Notes: a model not told the origin generated them from the sequence alone. A stretch of DNA of 64,000 nt from Candidatus Latescibacterota bacterium (GCA_965204725.1 OZ242005.1:1312001-1376000); one strand, 5' to 3'. Counted from the stretch's first letter, positions 8,391 through 18,411 are shown. Numbers and translations are program-made.

Positions 8391-8840
8391 GTGAACTCGA
8401 ACCCGCCAAAACACATCGTCGCGGCTGGAATGCTCGTGGAACGGGGAGCCGAGGTGCTGCTAGTTAGGACAGAACGGCGGGGATGGGAGTTTCCGGGCGG
8501 CCAAATCGAAGAAGGGGAGTCCGTCCTCGATGGGGTCATCCGCGAAGTCAGAGAAGAGGCCAACGTCGTGGCTTCGGTTGATCAACTAGTCGGCGTGTAC
8601 AGCAATCTCAGCAATCACCGAGTGATATTCGATTTCCTTGGTTCTTGGCTGTCTGGGGACGCTCGGATAGGAGCAGAGACGTGCGATGTGGCATGGGTTC
8701 AAAAGGCAGAGGCCGGTAAGATGATAGTGCATCCTATTTACAGCCAGAGACTGAAGCAACTTTTGTCTTATGATGGACGAGTTTTGTTTCAGTCGTACGC
8801 GACATCCCCCTTCGCGATACGTGCTCAGAAGTTTGTATAG
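8391..8840 (+). CDS. NUDIX hydrolase
   Basis: Nudix box GGQIEEGESVLDGVIREVREE. Confidence 0.92.
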   Translation: MNSNPPKHIVAAGMLVERGAEVLLVRTERRGWEFPGGQIEEGESVLDGVIREVREEANVVASVDQLVGVYSNLSNHRVIFDFLGSWLSGDARIGAETCDVAWVQKAEAGKMIVHPIYSQRLKQLLSYDGRVLFQSYATSPFAIRAQKFV

Positions 8841-8971
8841 CCGTCCTAAAGAACTTGAAGGCATGAAATGTTGATCGGCACACCTCTGAGGCGTCATTCC
8901 CGCGCAAGAACGTCACCCCGTGCCCCGACACGGGGCGAGAATCCAGTCTTGAATGATATGGGATTGCTATA
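8836..8971. mobile_element. 136-bp MITE-like element with imperfect TIRs and TA ends, containing nested palindromes
   Basis: Left tatagccgtcctaaagaacttgaag; right end reverse-complement tatagcaatcccatatcattcaag; internal gtcattcccgcg...gaatccag interrupted by ccccgtgccccgacacgggg. Confidence 0.65.
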
Positions 8972-8983
8972 ACAGGCTCTACT

Positions 8984-9208
8984 CTACGCTCTTTCTGCCA
9001 ATTTCTTCGGTCGGGTCTCAAACTGAAAATCCATCAAGTTGACCGGATAAGGCCGTTTAGAGAGATACAGAATTTCAATGCCGATCACCTGATCGGCAGC
9101 CCCATAGTCAAGGATGACGCCGGGAGCGACTTCCTCGGAGTCTATGGTCGGTCCATCGCTCAGGCGTAGGTGCAGCGCATCGGCCTCTTCGTCGATCTTT
9201 AATTTCAT
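8984..9208 (-). CDS. DUF2283 family putative antitoxin
   Basis: MKLKIDEEADALHLRL...SEEVAPGVILDY...VIGIEIL. Confidence 0.88.
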   Translation of the reverse strand: MKLKIDEEADALHLRLSDGPTIDSEEVAPGVILDYGAADQVIGIEILYLSKRPYPVNLMDFQFETRPKKLAERA

Positions 9209-9234
9209 AATCGGCTCCTCATTGCGCGATCAAA
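9205..9234 (-). pseudogene. 3' remnant of a DUF4258-type toxin gene
   Basis: FDRAMRSRL* with ATGA overlap onto the DUF2283 start; in-frame stop shortly upstream. Confidence 0.55.
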
Positions 9235-9353
9235 AACCTCCTCTGGCCCTCGGCATGTTCAGGGTGCTTCTTAAATAGGAGATGGTTCGCTTGCGCTCCA
9301 CAGGACAAGGTAAATGCTAATCGCGGAAAAAGACAATAGCTGAGGAGGACACT

Positions 9354-11171
9354 ATGTACGAGCAATTAGTGGTACACTACGAAGGGCAGACGGAATTCGT
9401 CGCCACGGACCAGCAGCGCACACCCTTGCGGCTGTTCGTCACTTGTCCGGCGGGCTTGGAAGCAGGTGCCGATGTGCGCGTTTCGATCAGCACGTTTCAT
9501 TCTTATTCCCGCAAGTGGACGCTTGCCGATCCTTTTGTCGAGGTCGGCGAGGGCGTGGTGGTGATTGGGCACGGGCTGCCCCGCGACTGGACCGATATGA
9601 CGCGAGGCGGCGATGGCCCGGCCGGCGGCGGGTTGGTGGGAAGGCCGATCAACGAGCTCTACTTGTGTACCATCCAAGTCACTAAGTCGCTGAGCGCGGG
9701 GGCGCGGCTGGTCTTTCCCTTCGGCGTAGTGCCGTCGCCACACGCGGATATAAGCGGCGTCCTGCAAGTGCGGGTGCGGCGGCCCGAGGCTGAGGTTTTC
9801 GACAGGGTGGGCGATCCCATTCCGCTAAGTAATGCCCCCGGCCTGCTGACGCGGCTCGAAGGAAGGATTTCCGCTACGGCGGATGCGGAGGGAAAGCACC
9901 GGGTCGTAGTTTTCGCGACGGATGATCATCTCAATCCAATACCCTCCTACCGAGGGACGGTGGCGGTACAGGCCGACGGTGCGGTCGCCGGGCTGCCCGA
10001 TGAGGTGGCAATCGGTGCCGACGGGCGCGGCGTGGTCGAAGGCGTTGCCGTGCAGAGCGACGGTCCGGTCCGCATCACTGTGCGCGATGTAGCGTGTGGT
10101 TTAGCCGCTCAGAGCGGCCCGACGCAAGCGGTCGGCGAGCGCGGCCACTACTTCGGCGGCATCCATTTCCACACGCGGCTTTCGGTAGATGGCGACCGGG
10201 AGCCGTGCGCCGCTTATGCCTATGCCCGCGATGTGCTCAACCTCGACGTGGTCGCGATGACAGACCACGCGCCGATTGGCCCCGGATGGACCGAATGCTT
10301 GGCGGTCAACGAGGAATTTTACGAGCCGGGCCGCTTTGTGACGATCCCCGCGTGGGAAAGCTCCAATGCCTACGGGCACGCCAACCTCTATCTGCGCACG
10401 CCGGAAGTTGATGGCGGCACTTGGCACTGGAAGCCTGAGCGTTGTCCCTCGGAAGTGGTTTGGGCCGAGGACGTGGTCATGGTGCCGCACCATCCCAACT
10501 GCGGCCAGCCCATCGAATACGGCCAGCACCGCGCGGTCATGGGCAAGACGTTTTACTGGTCGCAATACCACTGGGAGTTTCCCAACAAGCGCGCTCGGTT
10601 GGTGGAAATCGTCCAAGGGCGGGGCAATTTTGAAGCCGACGCGCTTGACGAGTACTGGGGCATTCGCATGGGCGGGTTGGGTGCTGCGGTGCAGGATGCC
10701 TTCGCCCGCGGCTGGCGCTTGGGTTTTGTCGCCGGGACCGACAACCACCAAGGGCACCCAACGCAAAATTCGAGCGGCTACGTGGGGATGACCTGTTTCC
10801 GGGCGACGGAATTGACCCGCGAGGCCGTGTGGCAGGCGATGGACGAGCGTCGGACCTACGCGACTTCGGGCGTACCCATCGTCTGCGACTACGCGGTCAA
10901 CGGCCTGCGCTCGGGCGCGGAGGGCGCGTGGGCCGAGGGCGAGCGCGTGCATTTCTCGGCCAGCCTGCACGGCACCGCGCCGATTGAGCGGGTGGAGATC
11001 ATAGCAAACGGGCAGTGCGTCTGGCAGGACGCGCCCAACGCTTGGGACGTGGAAATCGACGGAGCCGAGTTGCCCGCGCCGACCAGCGAATGGGCCTATT
11101 ACTACCTGCGGCTGCGGCAACAGGATGGGCACCGAGCGTGGTTGAGTCCGGTGTGGTTGGAGAGGGCATGA
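9354..11171 (+). CDS. PHP-fold metallohydrolase (DUF3604 / CehA-McbA-like)
   Basis: GGIHFHTRLSVDG, AMTDH, VPHH, GFVAGTDNH, RRTYATSG, YYYLRLRQQDGHRAWLSPVW. Confidence 0.8.
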   Translation: MYEQLVVHYEGQTEFVATDQQRTPLRLFVTCPAGLEAGADVRVSISTFHSYSRKWTLADPFVEVGEGVVVIGHGLPRDWTDMTRGGDGPAGGGLVGRPINELYLCTIQVTKSLSAGARLVFPFGVVPSPHADISGVLQVRVRRPEAEVFDRVGDPIPLSNAPGLLTRLEGRISATADAEGKHRVVVFATDDHLNPIPSYRGTVAVQADGAVAGLPDEVAIGADGRGVVEGVAVQSDGPVRITVRDVACGLAAQSGPTQAVGERGHYFGGIHFHTRLSVDGDREPCAAYAYARDVLNLDVVAMTDHAPIGPGWTECLAVNEEFYEPGRFVTIPAWESSNAYGHANLYLRTPEVDGGTWHWKPERCPSEVVWAEDVVMVPHHPNCGQPIEYGQHRAVMGKTFYWSQYHWEFPNKRARLVEIVQGRGNFEADALDEYWGIRMGGLGAAVQDAFARGWRLGFVAGTDNHQGHPTQNSSGYVGMTCFRATELTREAVWQAMDERRTYATSGVPIVCDYAVNGLRSGAEGAWAEGERVHFSASLHGTAPIERVEIIANGQCVWQDAPNAWDVEIDGAELPAPTSEWAYYYLRLRQQDGHRAWLSPVWLERA

Positions 11172-11362
11172 ACGGAACGAGACGGGCCGATATAGCGCGC
11201 GGGAGCCGCGTTGCCATCGTGCAGAAGCAAGACCAGCGCACCGGGCGGCTGACCGAGGGCGTCGTGCAGGCCATCCTGACCCGGTCGGCCACGCATCCGC
11301 ACGGGATTAAGGTGCGCTTGGCGACCGGCGAAGTGGGCCGGGTCAAGCGGGTGGGCGGCTAG
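11168..11362 (+). CDS. ywbE: YwbE family (DUF2196) protein
   Basis: MNGTRRADI...KQDQRTGRLTEGVV..ILT.SATHPHGIKVRL..GEVGRV; ATGA overlap with upstream gene. Confidence 0.9.
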   Translation: MNGTRRADIARGSRVAIVQKQDQRTGRLTEGVVQAILTRSATHPHGIKVRLATGEVGRVKRVGG

Positions 11363-13254
11363 AAGTAGTAGAAAGAGTAAACCAACGACGACCCGCCCAC
11401 GCCGACGCAGGCCCCGACGATAAACCCCAAAAAGAGCGGCCGCACTTTCCGATAGAGAATGACCCCGCCGTAGCTAATCAGAACCGACTTGACGAGCCAA
11501 GCGAGGAACATTCCAAACCAGTCGCCGCGCACGGTATTGGTCAGGGCCACGGCCAGCCCCACCGGGTGCAGGGGCCAGCCGGCTAGGCGATGCTGGGCAA
11601 AGGAAAGCAGCCCGGCGAGGCCCGCGCCGATGCCGGTGAACAGGGTGGTCAGGTGTTGGGGCGGGTGCGGGTTGTTGACCGTTTTGGCGACCCAGCCCCA
11701 CTTGCTCAGGGGCGAGGCAATGTAGTACCAGCGGAAGCCGTGCATCATGCCGTGCTGATAGCCCAGCCATATATAGACCGCAACCGTGGTGACCGCGCTG
11801 ACGACGAGGGCCGAGGCGAGGAAAAACAGCAGCTTGCGGGCGCTGATCTTTTCCTTGACCTCCTCGCAGACCTTAAAGGCATGGGCCATCGTGCCCATGA
11901 AGAACAGTTGCACGTCGGCGGCCCACACCATGTTGAGCCCCATCGCCGTAAGCCCCTTCGCGCCGAAATAGGCCGTGCCGAACACATTGGTAAAAAGCGG
12001 CGGGATCGAATGCGGGGCGCGCAGCCGCCCCAAGCCGGTTTGCACCAGCAAGCGCGCCGTGCCCAAAAAGACCAACAGCGCGACCAGCAAAAAGGCCAAG
12101 CTCCAGCCGAGGGCGAGGCCGGTGGCGTGGAGGAAATACGCCATATAGCCCAAGCCGACGACGCCCAGCAGGGCCGAGGTGCGCGGCGAGGGCAGGTGTG
12201 AGTCCAAGCCTTTTGCACCGCGGGCGATGGCGCGCCACTGGTCTTTGAGGAAATCGCGCGACACCCACAGCGACGAGACGATCAGGAAGAGGAGCGCCCC
12301 CATTTGCTGGTGCGACATCAGCACTGAGACCTGCTGGTGCGGCTGGGCCGGGAGGTTGACGGCCACGCCGAAAAAGCCCAACAGGCCGTGTTCGAGATAG
12401 ACGAGCAGGTGAAAGAGCCAGACGCTCAAGAGCACGTGCAGGTTGAGCAGATAGCCGAGGCCGACGACGAGGAAGTTGACGTTGAGCGAGTACGAAATGC
12501 CGAGGCGACGCCAAAAGATGCGCGTGGAGGGGATGCCGAAGTTGTGAATGGCCTCAAAGTCGAACACTTGGTCGAGCATGTTGACGGTTGGGATGAGCGC
12601 GGCGATGAAAAACCCGGCCCAGAACAGGGGATTCTTAAAGAGGCTTTGGCTTGGGTTTGCCACGCTTTCGACCAGTGCGGTCGGCACGACGGCCAAGGGA
12701 TAGACCAAACGCTCGCCGTGCGCCCACTGGTGGTGCAGCAGGGCGACGAGCGAGAAGCTGACCAAGAAGAAGGCGACCATGAAGAGGCCCCAGAACACAC
12801 AAGGGCCGAGCCAAGCCTCCCACGGCAGCGACGCCCCGGCTGGAGCACCCTCGAACAGGTTGCGAATCATCGTCAGGTCGCGTGGGGCGGCCCAGTCGGG
12901 GATGTGGTCCCAGAGCAGTTCGCGCCAGTTGTTTTCCGGGGTGGCGTAGTAGAACACGCCGGCGAGCAGGGGGATAAAATAGCCGCCAAACCCCATGGTC
13001 GGCAGGACGGTGGCGACCATCAGCGCGGCGTAGATGAGGGCAAAGGTCGAAGTCGGCAGCCGCAGGAAGGGGCGTATCAGCGCGAGCAGCAAGGCGGTCA
13101 GCGCGACCCAGAACAGGGCGAAGAGGACGCCGACCGTGTTGAAGTGGTCGGCGTAGCCCGAGTAGTGGTCGAGCAATAGATAGCTGCGGACCCCAATGAA
13201 GTTGTGGCCGACGCACAGCGCCATGGCCAGCGTCCATTCGATGGCCGAGCGCAT
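11359..13254 (-). CDS. Polytopic membrane protein, DUF6785/DUF6784-like putative transporter
   Basis: Many TM segments; YYATPENNW, QWAHGERLVYPL, GWPLHPVG; start placed after ggagg. Confidence 0.75.
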   Translation of the reverse strand: MRSAIEWTLAMALCVGHNFIGVRSYLLLDHYSGYADHFNTVGVLFALFWVALTALLLALIRPFLRLPTSTFALIYAALMVATVLPTMGFGGYFIPLLAGVFYYATPENNWRELLWDHIPDWAAPRDLTMIRNLFEGAPAGASLPWEAWLGPCVFWGLFMVAFFLVSFSLVALLHHQWAHGERLVYPLAVVPTALVESVANPSQSLFKNPLFWAGFFIAALIPTVNMLDQVFDFEAIHNFGIPSTRIFWRRLGISYSLNVNFLVVGLGYLLNLHVLLSVWLFHLLVYLEHGLLGFFGVAVNLPAQPHQQVSVLMSHQQMGALLFLIVSSLWVSRDFLKDQWRAIARGAKGLDSHLPSPRTSALLGVVGLGYMAYFLHATGLALGWSLAFLLVALLVFLGTARLLVQTGLGRLRAPHSIPPLFTNVFGTAYFGAKGLTAMGLNMVWAADVQLFFMGTMAHAFKVCEEVKEKISARKLLFFLASALVVSAVTTVAVYIWLGYQHGMMHGFRWYYIASPLSKWGWVAKTVNNPHPPQHLTTLFTGIGAGLAGLLSFAQHRLAGWPLHPVGLAVALTNTVRGDWFGMFLAWLVKSVLISYGGVILYRKVRPLFLGFIVGACVGVGGSSLVYSFYYF

Positions 13255-13440
13255 CACTTTTTGAGCCGCGCCTCCATGGCGAGGAGCACGGCGAAGGAGG
13301 TAGCAAGGAGCATGGATTGGAGTCCTCAAGCGGTCCGGCCCTTGACGAAGCGGCGCGGCATGGCAAGATAGAGTACCGCGCTGGGCCGCGACAAGACCGC
13401 GATCGCGGCATGATGGTAGTAAACGATCAATGAGGATCCC

Positions 13441-14346
13441 ATGAGCGAAGTACTGACCCAGTACCGCCGGCACAAAGGGCTGTTGCTGCTAGTGACGCCG
13501 GGGCTGGCCTTTTTCCTCGTCTTTCACTACCTGCCCATGTTCGGGCTGGTGCTCGCCTTTAAGGAGTTTCGCCTGAGCGCGGGCATCTTGGGCAGCGAGT
13601 GGAGCGGGTTGGAGAATTTTTCTCGTCTCTTCGGCGGGGCGGACTTTCCCAATGCCCTGCGCAACACGGTCGTCATCAGTTTCCTGCGCTTGCTCTTTGG
13701 CTTTTTCGCGCCGATCGCGCTGGCGCTGATGCTCAACGAAATCCGCGTCTCTTGGTACAAGCGCACCGTGCAAACGGTGACCTACATCCCCTACTTCCTC
13801 TCGTGGGTCATCTTGGGCGGCATCTTCCTGATGATTTTCTCGCAGAGTGGGCCGGTCAACCAGATCGCCCAACTCTTCGGGGTCTCGGCCATTGAGTTCC
13901 TCACCGACGACTTTTGGTTTATCACAGTGGTCATCGCCACGGGGATATGGCAGGCGGCCGGGTACGGGGCGGTGATTTACTTGGCCGCGCTGGCCGGGAT
14001 TTCGCCCGACCTGTACGAGGCGGCCGTCGTCGATGGGGCCGGGCGCTGGAAGCAGACGATGCACATCACCATTCCGGGGCTGGTGCCGACGATTATCACG
14101 CTTTTTATCCTCAATCTCGGCCACGTGCTCAACGCGGGCTTCGACCAGATCTACAATATGTACAATCCCATGGTGTACGACGCGGCCGACATTATCGACA
14201 CGTACGTCCTGCGGCGGATCGTGCTCATGGACTTCGGGCTGGCCACCGGGGCCGGGCTTTTCAAGTCCGTAGTCGGCTTGTTGATGGTGGTGCTGGCCAA
14301 CTCACTGGCCCGCCGGCTCAGCCGAGGGGAGCAGGGAATATGGTAA
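13441..14346 (+). CDS. Carbohydrate ABC permease (LplB-like)
   Basis: YLPMFGLVLAFK, PYFLSWV, EAA motif LYEAAVVDGAGRWKQ. Confidence 0.92.
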   Translation: MSEVLTQYRRHKGLLLLVTPGLAFFLVFHYLPMFGLVLAFKEFRLSAGILGSEWSGLENFSRLFGGADFPNALRNTVVISFLRLLFGFFAPIALALMLNEIRVSWYKRTVQTVTYIPYFLSWVILGGIFLMIFSQSGPVNQIAQLFGVSAIEFLTDDFWFITVVIATGIWQAAGYGAVIYLAALAGISPDLYEAAVVDGAGRWKQTMHITIPGLVPTIITLFILNLGHVLNAGFDQIYNMYNPMVYDAADIIDTYVLRRIVLMDFGLATGAGLFKSVVGLLMVVLANSLARRLSRGEQGIW

Positions 14347-15218
14347 GCCGCACGCGAGGCGAGAAGGTGTTCAACGTCTTTAACCTGACGCTGTTGGGCT
14401 TGGTCGGGCTGATGGCACTCTATCCTTTTGTGTACACGATCTCCATGTCGTTGAGCAGCGCGGCCGAGGCCATGCGCGCCAGCCTGCACCTGTACCCGCG
14501 GGAGATTTCCCTGACCTCGTACCGCATGGTGCTGTCCAACCCCGAGATCGTCACCGGGTTCACCAATTCCGTCCTACGCACGGTCTTGGGCACGGCACTG
14601 ACCCTCTTTTTTACGTGCCTGACGGCCTACCCGCTGGCGCGGTGCGAAATGCCCCACCGCAGTGCGCTGCTGTTCTTGGTGCTCTTCACCATGCTCTTCA
14701 GCGGCGGCATCGTACCCAACTACTTGCTGGTTAAGAACCTCGGGCTGATCGACTCAATATGGGCACTGGTGCTGCCGCAGATGCTGACGGCCTTCAACAT
14801 CATCGTGGTCAAAAACTTCTTTCAAGCCATCCCCGAAAGCCTCGCCGAGTCCGCCAAGATCGACGGGGCCAGCGAGTTTAACATCCTCTTTCGGATTTAC
14901 GTGCCCCTGTCCAAGCCGGTGCTGGCGACGATTGGGCTGTGGACGGCGGTGGCGCACTGGAACCACTGGTTCGACGCCATGCTCTACATCGCGTCGGACG
15001 AGAATCAGGTCTTGCAGACCTTTTTACAGCGGATCGTCATTGAAAACAGCATCGAGCTGATTGAGCAGGGGCTGGTTGACCCGAACATCACCGAGTTCAC
15101 GCCCGAGACGATTAAGGCCGCGACCGTGGTCGTCACCATCCTGCCGATGCTCGTGGTCTATCCGTTTGTGCAGAAGTACTTCGTGCGCGGGATCATGCTG
15201 GGGAGCGTCAAGGAGTAG
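14340..15218 (+). CDS. Carbohydrate ABC permease (LplC/MalG-like)
   Basis: TMLFSGGIVPNY, IPESLAESAKIDGA, YPFVQKYFVRGIMLGSVKE. Confidence 0.92.
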   Translation: MVSRTRGEKVFNVFNLTLLGLVGLMALYPFVYTISMSLSSAAEAMRASLHLYPREISLTSYRMVLSNPEIVTGFTNSVLRTVLGTALTLFFTCLTAYPLARCEMPHRSALLFLVLFTMLFSGGIVPNYLLVKNLGLIDSIWALVLPQMLTAFNIIVVKNFFQAIPESLAESAKIDGASEFNILFRIYVPLSKPVLATIGLWTAVAHWNHWFDAMLYIASDENQVLQTFLQRIVIENSIELIEQGLVDPNITEFTPETIKAATVVVTILPMLVVYPFVQKYFVRGIMLGSVKE

Positions 15219-15230
15219 ATGAGCTTGGCT

Positions 15231-16058
15231 TCACATCTGAAAGCCGCCGGCCACCACCAGCGATACGCCGGTGATGTAATCGGCTTCGTCTGAAGCGAGA
15301 AAGGCCACGGTGCGAGCCACGTCTGCGGGGGTGCCGACGCGGCCCAAAGGCGTTTGCGCCTCTAGGTCGTGGACGAGGGCGGTCGTGGCGTCGGCGTCTG
15401 GCTCGGCGCGCTCGGCGAGGCCCGCCGCAATGTAGTGGGTGCGCTCGGTGAGCGTGTTGCCCGGGCAGACGGCGTTGACGGTGATGCGGTGGGGGGCCAG
15501 CTCGCCGGCGAGGGATTGGGTAAAGCCGATGATGGCGAATTTGGACGCGCAGTACGCGGCGTAGCGCGGCAATCCTTGGCGGCCGGCCGTAGAGGACATG
15601 TTGATGATCTTGCCGCCGTCGCCGCGGTCCATCAGGTAGCGAGCTACGGCCCGCGCGCAGAGAAAGGTGCCCTTGACGTTGACGCTTTGCACTTGGTCCC
15701 AAGCCGCTTCGCTCAGATCGACGACCGGGACGCGGTCTGGCCCGGGGCGCGAGCCGGCGTTGTTGACGAGCAGGTCGATGCGGCCAAAGCGGGCGAGCGC
15801 GTCTTGGACCATGCCGTCGACTTGGGCGGCGTCCGACACGTCGGCCTCCACCGCGAGGGCCTGCCGCCCGATGGCTTCGATTTCGGCGACGAGGGCGGGC
15901 AGGCCGCCCCAACCCGACGCGCCGTAGGGCCGGGCATGTAGGTCGTTGACCACGAGGTCGCAGCCTTCGCGCGCTAGCCGCTGGCAGATAGCGCGGCCAA
16001 TGCCGTGTTCGCCGCCAGTGCCGGTGACGAGGGCGACTTTGCCGTTGAGGTTGTACAT
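15231..16058 (-). CDS. Short-chain dehydrogenase/reductase
   Basis: ALVTGTGGEHGIG, NNAG, YCASK, VNAVCPG. Confidence 0.93.
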   Translation of the reverse strand: MYNLNGKVALVTGTGGEHGIGRAICQRLAREGCDLVVNDLHARPYGASGWGGLPALVAEIEAIGRQALAVEADVSDAAQVDGMVQDALARFGRIDLLVNNAGSRPGPDRVPVVDLSEAAWDQVQSVNVKGTFLCARAVARYLMDRGDGGKIINMSSTAGRQGLPRYAAYCASKFAIIGFTQSLAGELAPHRITVNAVCPGNTLTERTHYIAAGLAERAEPDADATTALVHDLEAQTPLGRVGTPADVARTVAFLASDEADYITGVSLVVAGGFQM

Positions 16059-16082
16059 GATGCAATCCTTTCCTTATGTGAA

Positions 16083-16928
16083 CTAGCCTTTGACGCTCCC
16101 TAGCTGAATACCCGCCACGAGGTGGCGTTGCAAGACGACAAACAAGATCAGAATGGGCAGCACGGACATGGTCACAGCCGCCATGACGAGGTTGGTCTCT
16201 TGGCCGTAGCCTGAGTTGAAGTAGAGCAGGCCGATCGGCAGGGTGTAGCGATGGACGCTCTTCATCATTACTAGGGGCCAGAAGAAGCTGTGGTAATTGC
16301 CAATGAAGGTGAAGATGGTCAGGGTGATGAGGCCGGGTCGCGCCAGCGGCAGCACGATGTCCCAGAACAACTGCCAAGGGCTGGCCCCGTCGATCGCGGC
16401 TGCTTCGTCAAGCGAGGGCGGAATGGTCAGCATGAACTGGCGCAGTAGAAACGTGCCAAAGGCACTGAACGAGGCCGGGAGGACCAAGCCGGCGTAGGTA
16501 TCGACGAGATGGAGTTCGATCATGACTTGGTAGTTCGGAATCATCATGACGAGGGCCGGCAACATCATCGTCGCCAAGTAGAGCAGGAAGACGCGATCGC
16601 GCCCGGGCCAACGCAGGCGGGCGAAGCTGAACGCGGCGAGGGCGCTGGTGAAGACCTGTAGAAACGTCGCCCACGCAGCGACGAAGAGGCTGTTGCAGTA
16701 CCAGCGTGCGAATTGGATGCCCTCGGTGGTGAAGACCGTGCGGTAGTTCTCGAACATGAACTCGGCCGGAAACCACGTCTCCAGGCCGACCTCCTCGATC
16801 TTCTTGAGGCTCGTCAGCACCATCCAGACGAAGGGCATAATAAGCGACAGGCTCAAGGCCGCCAGCGCGAGGTGGGACGCACCCGTAGAGGCGACCCGGC
16901 TCCAGATAGCCCTGTCAGCCGTTCCCAT
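16083..16928 (-). CDS. Carbohydrate ABC permease (MalG-like)
   Basis: FLLRQFMLTIPPSLDEAAAIDGAS; ends GSVKG. Confidence 0.92.
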   Translation of the reverse strand: MGTADRAIWSRVASTGASHLALAALSLSLIMPFVWMVLTSLKKIEEVGLETWFPAEFMFENYRTVFTTEGIQFARWYCNSLFVAAWATFLQVFTSALAAFSFARLRWPGRDRVFLLYLATMMLPALVMMIPNYQVMIELHLVDTYAGLVLPASFSAFGTFLLRQFMLTIPPSLDEAAAIDGASPWQLFWDIVLPLARPGLITLTIFTFIGNYHSFFWPLVMMKSVHRYTLPIGLLYFNSGYGQETNLVMAAVTMSVLPILILFVVLQRHLVAGIQLGSVKG

Positions 16929-16932
16929 GGCG

Positions 16933-18411
16933 TCAGTACTCGACTCGGCGGCTGCCAAAGCGCCAGTTGAGCAGCGTAACCGCAAACACGAGGCCGAACA
17001 ACACCCAGCTAATCGCTGCGGCGTAGCCGAGCCGCCCGGTGGTGAATCCTTCGATATACACGTAGTAGCTCAGGGTGGTCGTCGAGCCGGCCGGGCCGCC
17101 CTGCGTCATGGTCCGCGCCATCTCAAAGCCGCCCTGTAGGCCGGCAATCGTGCTCATAACGACGATGAAGAAGGTCACCGGCGCGAGCTGCGGCCAAGTG
17201 ACGTGCCAGAACCGTTGAAAGCCCGAAGCACCATCGACCTCGGCCGCTTCGTACAGCTCCAAGGGCACATTGCTCAACCCCGCCAGATAGAGCAGCATGT
17301 TGTTGGAGCCCACGGCCGCCCACAGCGCCATGATCATGAGCGCCGGCTTGGCCCACAGATAGCGTCCCAACCACTCCGGGGGCGTCAACCCGTCGGCCGC
17401 CAGTTGCGGCAACGCAAAGACCACATTCCCCAGCCCGAGCAACACGAACTGCCCCACCGCGATTGCAGCGGAAAAGGTCATCCACGTCGCGAGCGATTCA
17501 GTAGGCGAGCATGGGTAAGCACACCCTTGGCGCAGGCATTGCCCCACGCCAACGGTCAGTACAGCGACCGCAGCAGCCGCGACCACGCGAGCGGCTGGCG
17601 CGTGCGCCGACCACTGCAAGCCGAGCGCGGCTGGCAGCAGCAACACGACAATTGAGGCGACGGCGGCCCAAGAGCCGACCTCGCCGTCTTGCCAAGCGCG
17701 GGCTAGCTGCCGTGTGCCGACGAGCACCAGCCCCACCATGGCGAGCGCTCCGAACCATATTCCGCCTTGAAGCCATTCGGCCGGGATGCTGCGCACCGAG
17801 TGGCCCAAGTGATCGAGCAGCGGTCGTAGGGCCGCGTTGATCGGCCCGGTCCGCGGGTTGTAGAGCTCCTTCCACAGGATGAACGTGGCCACGCCGGCCG
17901 CGAAGTGGGGGAGGTAAAACAACGTGCGATAGACGATGGAGCCGCCCAGCGTGCCAACGAGGAGAATCCCGCCGGCCAGACCGCACAGCAGCACGGTCAT
18001 GGCCGAGGTCCCGATGCCGAGCGCGACCAGTGCGAGGCTGCTGGAAACCAGCAGCGCCAGCAGGACCAGACGCACCCAGACTTGGCGATCGTCGCGGCCT
18101 AGGTTGCGATGCAGGAGCAGGGCCGCGCCCAGACTGCCGGCGATGCCGAAGGGAATCGCCATCATCAGGAACAGCGTGTTGCCGAGGTACTGCCAGAAAT
18201 CGCGGTCCATGGCCAAGCGCAGGAAGTTTTCGCTGCCAGCAAAGCGTAGCGGCTCGTCCTTGAACATGTTGTGGAGCCGCAGGTCCCAATTGGTAAAGGC
18301 GACGACCAAGCTGAACATCAGCGGCAGCAAGGTGAAGGCTAGAAAACCGAGGATGTTGGGGGCCAGAAAGGCCAGCCCGACGGCGAGCCGCCGCCGGTCG
18401 TCGTGCGTCAT
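16933..18411 (-). CDS. Carbohydrate ABC permease (MalF-like) with extra inserted TM segments
   Basis: FLAPNILGF, YRTLFYLP, LYEAAEVDGAS; about 490 aa. Confidence 0.85.
   Translation of the reverse strand: MTHDDRRRLAVGLAFLAPNILGFLAFTLLPLMFSLVVAFTNWDLRLHNMFKDEPLRFAGSENFLRLAMDRDFWQYLGNTLFLMMAIPFGIAGSLGAALLLHRNLGRDDRQVWVRLVLLALLVSSSLALVALGIGTSAMTVLLCGLAGGILLVGTLGGSIVYRTLFYLPHFAAGVATFILWKELYNPRTGPINAALRPLLDHLGHSVRSIPAEWLQGGIWFGALAMVGLVLVGTRQLARAWQDGEVGSWAAVASIVVLLLPAALGLQWSAHAPAARVVAAAAVAVLTVGVGQCLRQGCAYPCSPTESLATWMTFSAAIAVGQFVLLGLGNVVFALPQLAADGLTPPEWLGRYLWAKPALMIMALWAAVGSNNMLLYLAGLSNVPLELYEAAEVDGASGFQRFWHVTWPQLAPVTFFIVVMSTIAGLQGGFEMARTMTQGGPAGSTTTLSYYVYIEGFTTGRLGYAAAISWVLFGLVFAVTLLNWRFGSRRVEY

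Noticed and set aside
6951-8414. 487-aa minus-strand ORF
   Set aside because: Antisense shadow of the sulfatase with no motifs; expected in high-GC DNA.
13255-13473. N-terminal extensions in the ORF track (also 13914, 33927, 41925, 45856, 56452, 59156)
   Set aside because: They overlap neighbouring genes or promoters; downstream starts with RBS or translational coupling fit better.
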